Source: Azolla caroliniana (lineage: Eukaryota > Plantae > Polypodiophyta). Taken from it: a stretch of DNA of 25,855 nucleotides. This document shows, in pieces, positions 1 to 11,097 of this stretch (positions within the stretch are counted from its first letter, which is position 1; the number at the start of each line of letters is the position of its first letter). The notes under the pieces are model-generated. The model was given only the letters and a program-made list of their open reading frames with translations. It was not told the DNA's origin and ran no database searches. The DNA lies in the NCBI GenBank assembly GCA_043228905.1, contig JBHGNT010000434.1, positions 1 to 25,855 of the forward strand. Direction: 5' to 3'. The translations under genes were made by a program, and so were the position numbers.

Positions 1-200
1 AACAGAGAAACCAAGAATGCAACAGAGAAAGCCACAGATATGCACAGATATCCGAGAAGATAGTAATTTATTAGAAAAACGCTCTATACTCCAAAATTAC
101 ACACTACCTCTTACAGAGGATTTCTGCCCTTTATATACACAGGGTTTTTAGCCGTTCACGCTTCCCGCGTGAACCATTACATTTGTTTGTTAACGCTTTA
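1..200 (-). mobile_element. Duplicated fragment of the Gypsy LTR flanking the DNA transposon (reverse complement of 23994-24193)
   Basis: Lies outside the TIR at 201 yet mirrors the flank of the complete element, so the left copy arose by segmental inverted duplication rather than an independent transposition. Confidence 0.8.
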
Positions 201-236
201 AACACGTTCGCGTTCACAAGTGGAAGGATCGCGCAT
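201..236 (+). repeat. Terminal inverted repeat (transposase-side end, left copy)
   Basis: AACACGTTCGCGTTCACAAGTGGAAGGATCGCGCAT; 35/36 identical to 14689-14724. Confidence 0.92.
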
Positions 237-558
237 AAATGGAAGGATAAGGGAAATTTTAGGGGTTTTTCAATGATTTTACAAAACACATTGATACCAG
301 TATCATACAAGTTCAAACATACTATGAAAAAGGTTAAAAATCCACTATTTTCGTGATTTAGAAGTAACTAAAAAAAGACGAATTTCAAAAACATACATTC
401 TCAATTTATATCACCAACTTTACAACCAATGTTATTTTATAAGAAACGATTTTTGGGAAATCATAAGAATTCAAAACACATGATTTTATATTACTCGATT
501 TGTTACAAGCGGAATGTAGTTACACTTAATAGCCAAATATACATTCATGATCACTCCT

Positions 559-3339
559 TTACGGAGAATCACTACTATAACTAATATACAATGACGATTC
601 CTCCTCATCATCCTCGGATGTACCAATCAGTGCATTATCTTCGTCATAAACCAAATGGTTTGACTCTAGATTATATGTAGCAGATCTCGTTTGCCTTTGA
701 CTCGAGCCACCTTGTAGACCTGGTAATTTTTCTTTTATTATATCTATTGTTGACTTCCTTAATCGTCCGGCTTTTGTAAGTGTGAAGTCGTACACGATGA
801 TATCCACATCAGAGATATCAAGGGTCGAGGTGTTACGAATGTTTCGCTTCCTCTTCCTACCTCCCCTTCTTGTTTGGCATTCAATCATCTCCAATGTATA
901 CTTACCTGTAAAAGCATTTGCACTTCTAGTGTTGTACCAATGAACATTTATAGACTTGATCGTGTTATCTATTTCATGCATTAGCACTTCTAGAATTTTA
1001 CCAACCCAAAATTGGTGGCCATGTGAGTTCTCATCAGCCGGCGTTGCAATCAACATCCCCGCGGTGAGCTCTTGCAAATTTCCTTGCCATCTAGCTTCGG
1101 CTGCTTTGGTCATCCTTGGTCCCACATAAATGTCTCTTTGTTGTGGATGGACCAAGCTGTCATTAATCGCATTTACTAGTCGCTCCGGACTTCTATTTAC
1201 GCGATCATGTTGCAGCGACCATGTGAATGGCGTTTCCAAATTCCAATTATCAACAGATACACAATTGTCTATAATTTCTTTCTGATCACTATAAAATACA
1301 TCCCACCATGACGTGTCTTGTTGTGCGGCATATTTCTTGGCGGCCTCAATATGTTTTCTTTTTTCTTCTAAGGCTTGGAGCCATGACCGTTTTTGTTCTA
1401 ATACCAAGTCGCTCTGCAACTGTCCTTTCTTCTCAATTGGCATTTGCTTAGCTCCATGGACAATTGTACTCGGCATACAAAGTAATAACTGGCAACCACC
1501 TTTAGGTTCCCATGTTGTAGAAGATGAATATTGTTTAGCATACAAAAGTGTAGAACCACTTATTCCATTTTTCTTTATCAAAAAAATGTGATTGAAACTT
1601 ATATTGTTTAACTGAGCAAGCACTTTAACATTCCCACCACCCCCATCTAATATATATCTCTTAAAGTCATATACCTCCTTCAAGTGTAACACTTTTGGGC
1701 GTGGTGTATATGCATCACAAATGACATCAAATAGTTTAGGTAAAGTGAAAGCATCATGCCGAGACAACTGTCTGGAGAATGTGCTAAACATCTGATCTAT
1801 ATGGTCATGTGTGTGGCCAACCAAAAGGAAATTGACTTTCACTTTCCTAAACAATTCTAGGTTGACCAACATACTTAGATAGCCAAATACAGTTGAATTT
1901 TTGTTCTCTCTAGCAGTATTGTCCAATTGAATGTATAGAACAGGGGGGAAAGGTTGTCCCCAAGACATCAAAACTCGGTGAATCACTGTAACTGTTAGGT
2001 TAGGGTCATTGTGAACATTGGGGTAAGTAATGAAGACGTGAGGTCGAACAGACCTATTATAAGCCAAGCATCCCACCAAGTGCATTTGAACAAGGCACTC
2101 ATCATTGACATCTTTGGGGAGCCTCCGCATATGCGGCAAGCATGTCTTCTTCTGGTCCATGCCATCTATCATTAAGCACATGTATTGTTCAGGCCTCTTC
2201 AAACACTTCTCTCTATGATGCATCGCCTTCCTTCGTTCTAAGGATTGTGCCTCGCGATGCTCTTGTAGTAACTTCTTACTCGTATCCTTTTCCATTGATG
2301 TCTTTGCACCTTTAGCCAAACTTTTAAGATTTGCACAAATGGAGCAATAACCCATACGTACTTTACGAGGAATAATAACATTTGAAAACCGAGCTCTCCA
2401 TAATCTTGTGAATTGGCTATAGGTGATAGACTTATTACGTGAGCCCAACATTTCAGATCGATAGACATCATAAACTTCCCGACGGGTATAATTATCAGAA
2501 AGATGCATCCTACCTGTAGTGGGCATTACTTCACAATTTAACTGAAAGTAAGTTTTCATCCAGCCAATAGCTAGTCTTCCAATTGCACCTTTCATACTTG
2601 GAACCTCTTTACAATTGAGCATCTGATCCCCGCTAAGTAGACGTTGTTGTACTCTATGTAGCCGCATGTTACTAACACATAACACAATTTTGAATGCAAC
2701 TCTACATATCTGTTGCGCATGGAAGATATAATACTCGAATGATACTTTGATCCCCGTACATTTGTCAGATACTAGTTGCATATGTGATCCGAGGTAAGTG
2801 TCTTGCTCATCACCGGTCATCGAAAAATAGTATCGCCTTAATTCTCGCAACTTTGATTTTCCAATCATAGACATACAACCACGGGCACAACATATTTTGT
2901 TGACATCAAATCCAATCTGTTTATCTGATGTCACCAAGCTAAATCTAGCCAGACGAATTCTTCGTGGGATTCTTCTAATATGCATAGGGCTCCCAGATTT
3001 CTCTTCCTGCATAGAGGTTGGTGTAACCTTGTTACAGTCTAATTCTCTGTTCTGACCATCGCCAATGTTATTCAATGTTTCCTGGGCACTTCCTTCATTC
3101 CCGGTATCTTTATTAATATCGTATTCTTCAATAGAGAACTCTTCACATGTGTCATTATTTGCATTCCCTGTAGATGAGCTCAGACAATATTCTTCGATAG
3201 AATTTGGTGAGTCGGTCGAAAGACAATATTCTTCAATCGAATATGGTGACTCTGTTGATAAACAATACTCTTCAGTAGAAAACGATGTGTCTGATGACAA
3301 ACAATATTCTTCAATCGAGAACGGTGAATCTTCACTCAT
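559..3339 (-). CDS. 926-aa Sola/DUF7869-like DDD transposase (copy 1)
   Basis: Uninterrupted ORF, identical to 20855-23635. RNase H-like motifs CLMIDGMDQKK, LYIQLDNTARENKN and FLLVGHTHDHIDQMFS; Cys clusters CCARGC and CSIC; lies inside a TIR-bounded element. Confidence 0.85.
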   Translation of the reverse strand: MSEDSPFSIEEYCLSSDTSFSTEEYCLSTESPYSIEEYCLSTDSPNSIEEYCLSSSTGNANNDTCEEFSIEEYDINKDTGNEGSAQETLNNIGDGQNRELDCNKVTPTSMQEEKSGSPMHIRRIPRRIRLARFSLVTSDKQIGFDVNKICCARGCMSMIGKSKLRELRRYYFSMTGDEQDTYLGSHMQLVSDKCTGIKVSFEYYIFHAQQICRVAFKIVLCVSNMRLHRVQQRLLSGDQMLNCKEVPSMKGAIGRLAIGWMKTYFQLNCEVMPTTGRMHLSDNYTRREVYDVYRSEMLGSRNKSITYSQFTRLWRARFSNVIIPRKVRMGYCSICANLKSLAKGAKTSMEKDTSKKLLQEHREAQSLERRKAMHHREKCLKRPEQYMCLMIDGMDQKKTCLPHMRRLPKDVNDECLVQMHLVGCLAYNRSVRPHVFITYPNVHNDPNLTVTVIHRVLMSWGQPFPPVLYIQLDNTARENKNSTVFGYLSMLVNLELFRKVKVNFLLVGHTHDHIDQMFSTFSRQLSRHDAFTLPKLFDVICDAYTPRPKVLHLKEVYDFKRYILDGGGGNVKVLAQLNNISFNHIFLIKKNGISGSTLLYAKQYSSSTTWEPKGGCQLLLCMPSTIVHGAKQMPIEKKGQLQSDLVLEQKRSWLQALEEKRKHIEAAKKYAAQQDTSWWDVFYSDQKEIIDNCVSVDNWNLETPFTWSLQHDRVNRSPERLVNAINDSLVHPQQRDIYVGPRMTKAAEARWQGNLQELTAGMLIATPADENSHGHQFWVGKILEVLMHEIDNTIKSINVHWYNTRSANAFTGKYTLEMIECQTRRGGRKRKRNIRNTSTLDISDVDIIVYDFTLTKAGRLRKSTIDIIKEKLPGLQGGSSQRQTRSATYNLESNHLVYDEDNALIGTSEDDEEESSLYISYSSDSP

Positions 3340-4012
3340 GGCTTAAGGTCTAGATAGGGCTCTCTAAGTTATACTCCTCTCTAACCATATACTCCTCCCT
3401 AAACATAAACTTCTCTCTAAACAAAAGCCAAATCAATAGAATGTCTATATTATGTAATATTCTATTAAAATACAATACATCTAAAAATTATTTTTAATAA
3501 AGTAATTTAACTTAAATTATCAATCATTATATAAACTAGATCTAAATGATGTTAAATCAAGTAAAATATAAAACTAATCATTAACAAGCCTTGAATATGT
3601 TGGATTAATGTTAAAATCATTGGCTAATTAATGACACCCATTTTGATATAGAACGTCTCACTCATTGATTCTTTAAGGCTCACCATTTTAATTATTAGAC
3701 TTATCAATCATTGGTTAATTCATGCCCACATCTTTAATACATAACTATTGAGAGTCATAAAAATTTTTGCTTTTAGTAATCAATCATTGGTACATTCATG
3801 AACCTCTATCATTGTCTCCTTCATAACCTTTGAAGTGATTGTAGGTTGTTATGAGTATAAAAGATTGATCAATATATTAGTTTGACTTTGTAATCATTAA
3901 TACAATCATAAGTTACTATAGTTAATGTGACTATGGTTACAAACTAACTATCCTCAAAGTTACCAACATTGGTTAAGATAACTATGGTTACTTTAACCAT
4001 GGGTTCAATCCC

Positions 4013-4020
4013 TATAAATA
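4013..4020 (+). promoter_or_regulatory. TATA box of the ParB-methyltransferase gene (left copy)
   Basis: CCTATAAATAG, 150 bp upstream of an ACCATG start at 4163 and followed by a UTR-like stretch. Confidence 0.65.
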
Positions 4021-4046
4021 GGAAGACCTCATCATATTTCACTCAC

Positions 4047-4109
4047 CAGAGCGTACAGAGCATACAGAGCACTCAGAGCACTCAGAGCACACAGAGCACA
4101 CAGAGCACT
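4047..4109 (+). repeat. 7 x 9-bp tandem repeat CAGAGC(A/G)(C/T)(A/T) in the predicted 5' UTR
   Basis: cagagcgta cagagcata cagagcact cagagcact cagagcaca cagagcaca cagagcact. Confidence 0.9.
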
Positions 4110-4162
4110 CAAGGCACAAAGCACGAAAGCGCGATCTCCGCCTCCACACAACACGATCAACC

Positions 4163-7100
4163 ATGTCTTCCAAGAGAGTCGAGCGCGAGGAGTCCAGGTA
4201 GGCCTCTGACACTGTGGACATTTTTGTAAATATGTTTCGTTTCCCGAAAAACTCGATACGGCGTATCGAGTTCATGTATACAATACAAATATTTATACAC
4301 GAACTCGATACGGCGTATCGAGTTCGTGTGTAAATATTTGTATTGTATACACGAACTCGATACGCCGTATCGAGTTCGTGTTTAAAGTAAAGGTTTTAAA
4401 CACGAACTCGATACGCCGTATCGAGTTCGTGTTTAAAAGGTCAGTTTTAAACACGAACTCGATACGGCGTATCGAGTTCGTGTTTAAAACCTTTACTTTA
4501 AACACGAACTCGATACGGCGTATCGAGTTCGTGTTTAAAACCTATACTTTAAACACGAACTCGATACGGCGTATCGAGTTCGTGTTTAAAACTTACCTTT
4601 TAAACAAGAACTCGATACGGCGTATCGAGTTCGTGTTTAAAACTTACCTTTAAACACGAACTCGATACGGCGTATCGAGATCGTGTTTAAAAGGTCAGTT
4701 TTAAACACGAACTCGATACGCCGTATCGAGTTCGTGTTTAAAAGGTCAGTTTTAAACACGAACTCGATACGCCGTATCGAGTTCGTGTTTAAAGTATAGG
4801 TTTTAAACACGAACTCGATACGCCGTATCGAGTTCGTGTTTAAAGTATAGGTTTTAAACACGAACTCGATACGGCGTATCGAGTTCGTGTTTAAAGTGTA
4901 GCCTTTGAGAGAGAAAAATCGTTTACGGGGTGGAAATGTTATCAAATTGTCTGTCAAAATCAGTCTTTCTATGTTGAGTTTACTTACTTCTAAACAAATA
5001 CAAGCTCTAATTATAGGTGTTTTTTGACCTACTTTAGCTTAAAATAGTAGAAAATGATCTACAAATTGCATTCAATATGGCAAATTCTCATCAATATAGG
5101 TTTAGAATCTATATAAGTCATATCTACTATTTAAAAGAATATATAACCCGTTTTACTTATTACGATATATATTTTCTAGGTTGAATAGCCATGCCTACAA
5201 TAGATTTTTGAATATGTTACTGCTCCTAGAAACTGTTCTTCATTATAATAACAACTTTAATCTACGTAACTGTCTAACTTATGTTATGGTGGATACTTTC
5301 TTAAATAGGTCGTTTGAGAATCTGTCAGACCGACCCGTGAAGAAAATTAAGCTTCGCATACAAGGTTCTCCAATCGAAGCCCAGACCAAGGTAACTCCGG
5401 AGTCCATAAAGAGAGGAAAAAAGCTTCTATTTAACGAAGAGACAAAATCTCAGCCCCATAGTGATGTAAGCCAAAAGAAAATTGTCGCCGCTACTGGAGG
5501 CGAAGACCTTCCTGACCGAGATCTAACGGACAAGGAATGGTGTATGCAATATATCGACTCAAAGAAAAAAGTCGTATTGTATACATCAAAGAAGAAGGGT
5601 GAGGGGCAGCTAGGAAAAGAAACTCCATTTATGTATGGCCGAATTCTACGATTTGACTACGAAGATGCAGATTCGGCCAACATACTGGTAATGATAGAGT
5701 GCTCCAAGGGGGTACGCAAAGTGTTCCTTTCAGAAGACCTTTTAGTAAAGGAATCTTGTGGGCCTGAAGTGTTCAAAAAAGCACTTGATAACTCACAAAA
5801 CCTGATTGTTACCTTGAGGCCTTATATACAAGGCCATGTAACTCTACGAGATGAAGAGCCCTCCCACTTGAAGGCCACTAAAAAGGTATCCAAAGTCCAG
5901 TCAAGACCAGCCAAGAAGAAGACAACGAAAATGTCGGATACGGATTCGACAAGTGACAATGAAGAAGAGGATAATAAGGGGACGCCAGGAGCCGAGCTGG
6001 CCTCGGGTGTTTTGTCATCCGAGCAGAATAAAATAAGAAGAGAGTTAATGAAACGGAAGCTGGTCAGGAAAGGGCAAGTATTTAATTTGCCTATAACACA
6101 CATCCATCGGCCCCCTATTGATGAAAAAACAGGTCGAAGACCACTTGAGATTAGAGAGCCTCATCGCATGCATGTTCAAAATCTCAAGAAAAAAATGAAA
6201 ATTAATCCTCATGCCACAGTGGTGCCTTTTATTGTTATGGTGGATCCTGAAGAATGTGAAACCATTGAAGATTTTGATATTAGAAAGCATGATCAATATA
6301 ATTATTTTGTCATTGGTGGATCGCATTCAGCAGAGGCACGTCGACAACTTGTCAGAGAACATCCAACCACTTTCTTCTTCAAGTATGCCGAGTGCAAAAT
6401 ATATGTTGGGCTCACAACCGAAGAGGCTAAGCTGTTGGCATGGGACCATAATAATGATAATGACTATAGGCAGAAAATGTCGTCTATTGAGCGAATCCGG
6501 TTCTTCCACCACGAGTATTTAGATGTGAAACAAAAGTTTGGTGTGAAGTTACATCCAGGCCTTCGACGTCAATGTCTGCATGAAGTCGGCATTGTGGTAG
6601 ATGATAATGTTAGGTCCGATGGTCTTCGAAAGTATGAATCTTGGTTTCAATTGGCGTTTAGAGATGGAGAAGTATGGGACCTCCAAGATCAAATCTTCTC
6701 AATGTGGGAGAATAAGGAGGTAAAGGGTCAACGACAAAAGAAATGTAGGGTTGACCCTCAACTAGAATTAAAGTCACAAGCCGCCAAGAGAATTGACTTG
6801 ACAATTGAAGAAGCGGCAGACGACATGAAGCTGTCTCTATGGAGAGCGATGCAAGGTATTAAGGACGAGCAGCTTCTTGTGTCCGTTTTGTCAAGGGTTG
6901 TGGCGAAAGATTTAAGCCTTGAAGAAATGGTCACCGAGTTCAATAAGTAAGTCTTTCAAATACTGAAATTGTAGTCTATCTGGTGTAATTCAAAGTTCTA
7001 ATCTTGATTTCTAATTTTACAGTCATAAGGTGTACATGAAGATCCAAGAAGTAATGATGAAACAACTTGGATGTATAACTTGGGAACAAGTGACCGAGGC

Positions 7101-8195
7101 GTTATCAGAGTATTTTATTGCATTCAAGGATTGGGTTAGTATTGATATTTTTTCATTACCCTTTCATCATATGTAGAGGTTGCGTAATAATACCTGATGT
7201 CCTATTGCTTCTATTAGAAACCGTGTCGAGGCAAGAAACAAGGAGAAGTTAAGGATATACACGATTTCCCTACATCCTTCCTTGCACATCTCGAGCGAGC
7301 TAGAAAAGAAAAGGATCGTCGCTTAGTCAAGGCGTACGAAATGGAGGAAGATGGCTCGTTTAAAAAATTTAGCCACAAGAAAGATATTACGAGAGATCTT
7401 TACTACAATGTGGTTTGCGGTGATGTCATCGACTTGATCCAGAAGGTGCCAAAGAAGGAATATACGCTAATGATTGCGGATATTCCTTACGGATTTCGAA
7501 TGGCTGGGTCATCATACGACGATGAACCGTTTAGGTTTAAACAATTGGAGAAGATGGTCAAGGATTTCGCTGAGCTAACGACCGCATCCTTGTGGCGAAT
7601 AGTTGTCTTTCATAGTATGGACCAAGGGTACTCGGTAGCTCAAGCTTTGAGATCTCGTTGCCATGGCATCGAGAACCTTGCATGGTAAGGATTATTTATA
7701 GGTGTCTTTCATTATATTGCAATTCTTAAGGTTGTTGAATCTATTTTTAACTCGATGAATTATTTTTTATAGGATCAAGACCAATGTAAATAGAGGGCCA
7801 ACTTTTCGGTTCGTTAATGCCATTGAATACATAACGGTTGGCTACTTCGATGAAATTAAAAAACAGAGAATCAAAGAGCATTCTAATGAAGTGGGAGGTT
7901 CAAATCTGTTGGTATATCCAGCAGTGACTCGGAAATTGCGACATGTCACCACGACAGAACGGGGACTTGTCAACCCATACCAAAAACCTCAACGACTTAT
8001 GATGCGCTTGATCGAGATGTTTTCTGTCGAAGGAGACTGGATATTAGATCTCTTTTCTGGCACAGGTATTCCTCGAACTAGGGTAACGATCTTGAGATAA
8101 CCAATCCCTTTTTTTTCGTTTGACAACTAAATCTTCTTGTTACTTACATCACAGGAACTACGTCAGCATGGATACCCGATCTGTTAGGCCCTTAG
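4163..8195 (+). pseudogene. 3'-truncated copy of the spliced ParB-like/amino-methyltransferase gene
   Basis: Predicted exons 4163-4197, 5309-6946, 7023-7134, 7218-7684, 7773-8065, 8155-8170; all introns GT-AG and phase-compatible. After ...FSGTGTTSA the frame runs into Gypsy DNA (WIPDLLGP, stop at 8193-8195). Confidence 0.8.
4250..4895. repeat. Tandem array of 13 palindromic units (43-bp palindrome plus ~8-bp spacer, period 50-52 bp)
   Basis: TTTAAACACGAACTCGATACG-(G/C)-CGTATCGAGTTCGTGTTTAAA with centres at 4261, 4313, 4365, 4416, 4467, 4518, 4569, 4620, 4670, 4721, 4772, 4823, 4874. Units 1-3 have shorter arms and longer AT-rich linkers. Confidence 0.97.
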
Positions 8196-11097
8196 GGTTA
8201 ATCCGGAAACTATGCATCGTCATTGGCGGTCACCACTTTGACATCTCGGCGGTAGTACTCACACTCGACTCTCCGGAGCATACCCAATACTACTTGGCAG
8301 ACCTTGGCTTCATTCGGCGAACATCAAACATAGCTGGCAACATAATTGTATCAGTTTCCGACGAGGACGCAGTAAAGTTCGCGTACCCATAGAAGAAATG
8401 ACGGGGCATCCGAAAGGAATGACACCATTGTACACAGAAGACATAAATATGCTGGAAGGAGTGGACGATACAGAGGTAGAAGCGTACCTGGATGAGCACC
8501 CGCAAATCATCCCACTATTCGAAATTGACGTAATAGAAACTGTGGCGGAGTACGCTACTCCCACTACACTTCACAAAGAGGCTTATGAACCGGACCCAGA
8601 GTCGATACTGGAATTAAACCGAGCACGGGTCGCATTCGAGAAAGAAATGGAAATTTCACGACGAGTCACTGCCTTAGCATTGGAAGAAGTTAATGTAGGA
8701 ACGACAGCGAATCCCCGATTACTCTCCATCGCGAAAGACATACTACTAGATCAGAAAGAGGCGATGTTAGCTTTGCTCAAGGAATATAAAGATGTGTTCG
8801 TGTGGTCCCACGAAGACATGAAGGGATTAGATCCAAAATTCTACCAGCATAAGATCAATTTAGCTATCGACGTGAAACCTATTCAGCAGCATCGATACTG
8901 AATGAATCTGAACTACGCAACTCGTGTAAAAGAAGAAATTGACAAACTTCTCAAGGCTAGATTCATTCGACCAGTCAAGCAAGCTACGTGGCTGAGCCCG
9001 ATAGTCGTAGTTCCGAAGAAAAATGGAAAAATCCGCGTTTGCGTAGACTATTAGAAATTGAACGCCGTAACTATTACAAATGCGTTCCCCTTACCTTTCA
9101 CCGACAGCGTATTGGACAAAGCACTCAGTCATTTTCTAGGACAAATACATTGGCATAGTCGGATGTTACAATATCTAGCGGATTTCACCACGCCATTACA
9201 TGTCGCCGTCCACCGTACACCTTTCAACTGGACGACAACTAAAGAAAAGGCATACGATGCGCTTAAAATAATGTTGACTCAAGCACCAATCACCAGATTG
9301 GGGGAAACCATTTCACGTTTTTGTAGACGCCTCAGACATAACAAAAGGTAGTGTGTTGATGCAACTCATAGAGCTGACTTGGTACAGACCAGTATATTAT
9401 GCCAGTAGGAAGCTATCAAAGGTGGAGCGTAACTACTCCACAACGGAACAAGAAGCATTGGGGACGATATACAACATCAATCAATTCCGACATTATCTAC
9501 TGGGGCGGAAATTTACGTTTCACGTGGACCATACGGCGTTGCTATACCTCGTGGGGAAGCAAGCGCTAACACGAAAATTGGCTAGATGGATGTTGTTGCT
9601 CCAGGAGTTCGACTTTGTTATACAATATCGACCGGGTACGCAACACACTATAGCGGATTTCTTAAGCAAGATAGATAATGGAGAAATGGTGCGAAAGGAG
9701 GACGACGACTTTTCGGATGCAGACATCATGTAGATCACAACTATAGTGACATGTACAGAAAAAACTTTTCCCGATCGTTGGTTAATGGAGATGACATTCT
9801 TTCTTACCACTGGATTACCACCGCCACAATTAAGAACGGACGAAAAGAAACGATTGGCCGTCCAAAGTCGTAACTTTTGTTTGGTCGAAGGGGTCCTGTA
9901 TCACAAAGGCAGCGAAGGAATCTGGCGACACCGAATACGCCCAGATGAGAAGGAAGCGGTTTTACGCGAAGCGCACTGTGGTACAGCAGGAGGACACTAC
10001 ACGGGCGATGTTATGGCTCGTAAAGTCTGGCATGCCAGCCTATGGTGGGCGACTACGCAAAAGGATGCGTATGAATATTGCAAACAATGCACCCTGTGTC
10101 AACGGATAGGCCAGCCCACAGAGGTCGCAATGATGCCACATCAACCAGTGTTGCCATTGGATCCATTCCAGAAATGGGGAAATGGGGACTCAATTTCGTG
10201 GGGCCATTTACACCAGCGGCAGCTCGGACTAGCAATAAATATATACTCGTGGGTACTAATTATTGCACTAAGTGGGTGGAAGCGAAGGCACTACGAGAAA
10301 ATTTCGCGGCAGTGACGGAGAAATTTCTTTACGAACATATCTGGTGTCGTTTTGGCTGCCCTATTGAGCTCATTAGTGACCAAGCAAGCCACTTTCTGAA
10401 TTCGGCCATCCGGGAGCTGACACAACACTATGCCGTTGTCCACAAGAAGAGCACGTCATATTATCCACAGGCGAATGGTTTAGCGGAGTCCATGAACAAA
10501 ACGTTACAAACGATACTAAAAAAGATCATCAATGAGAACAAAACAGACCGGCATACCAAATTACACAGCGTGTTATGGGCGTACCAAACCAACTATAAGA
10601 CTAGCATACAATCCACGCCTTTCCGGCTAGCATTTGGGTTGGAGGCCGTAATGCCAATCGAATTTCAAGTACCCAGTCTGTGGATTCAGGTACGAGACTG
10701 GCTATTAGAAGACAAATCCGAACAAATATGGCTACAACAGCTGCTCGAACTAGGCGAGACACGATTACGAAGCATGGCCATATTGGAACAAGAGTAGTGT
10801 CGGCGTAAAGCATTCGTGGACCGGCATTGAAATGCACGTGAAAAAGATTTTGTGGTCGGCAAAGCGGTCCTAGTCTTTCAAACATGGATGGGGCAAATGC
10901 CAGGCAAATTAAGATTCCGCTGGACGGGGCCGTACTGGATCGCTAGCGCGGAAAATGACACGTTTCAACTAGGCACCCTGGCCGGGGAAGTGTTACGACA
11001 AAAGGTGAATGGGTTTCGACTAAAACCTTACCAGGGACCGGTGCCACCGAACCCGTTCCACGCTGTAAACAACACGGCCGAAGAATCCGCAGATTAA
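8171..11097 (+). pseudogene. pol: Gypsy pol pseudogene (protease C-half, internally deleted RT, RNase H, integrase)
   Basis: Protease end (RPLGLIRKL...YPILLGRPWL across a frameshift); RT N-terminus (WLSPIVVVPKKNGKIRVCVDY, FPLPF); RNase H (FHVFVDASD, YASRKL...NYSTTE.EALG); integrase HHCC (HCGTAGGH...CKQCTLC) and core (WGLNFVGPF, ISDQASHF, NGLAE). Confidence 0.93.

Larger units (their letters stand above)
1..8170. repeat. Left arm of a large inverted duplication (reverse complement of 16074-24193); runs off the window start
   Basis: ORF translations are identical in mirror positions. Coordinate sums are constant: 24194 before the palindrome array (559+23635) and 24244 after it (5181+19063). 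Identity stops after ...ACGTCAGCATG at 8170/16074. Not checked at every base. Confidence 0.97.
201..8170 (-). mobile_element. Truncated inverted copy of the Sola/DUF7869-like DNA transposon (one TIR only)
   Basis: TIR at 201-236, transposase, palindrome array and methyltransferase exons 1-5 present. Lacks the 1,385 bp corresponding to 14689-16073. Confidence 0.92.

Noticed and set aside
3969-4275. 86-aa (QST repeats) and 78-aa (CSV/CSE repeats) ORFs, and mirrors at 19919-20225
   Set aside because: Translations of the 9-bp UTR repeat; they span the TATA box or the array edge.
4250-4895. CRISPR array
   Set aside because: Spacers are only ~8 bp, drawn from two recurring types, no cas genes are present, and the context is eukaryotic. 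The same applies to 19349-19944.
4293-4957. ORFs with TNSIRRIEFVFK repeats on both strands (also 19287-19901)
   Set aside because: By-product of a 51-bp palindromic repeat without stops; same peptide on both strands, mostly non-ATG starts, inside a predicted intron.
1313-6943. Short antisense or alternate-frame ORFs overlapping the two main genes (and their mirrors)
   Set aside because: Shadow ORFs with no recognisable motifs.
5181-6950. 589-aa ORF as a stand-alone protein
   Set aside because: TTG start in intron-like DNA, and its stop lies within a GTAAGT donor; it is exon 2 of the spliced gene.
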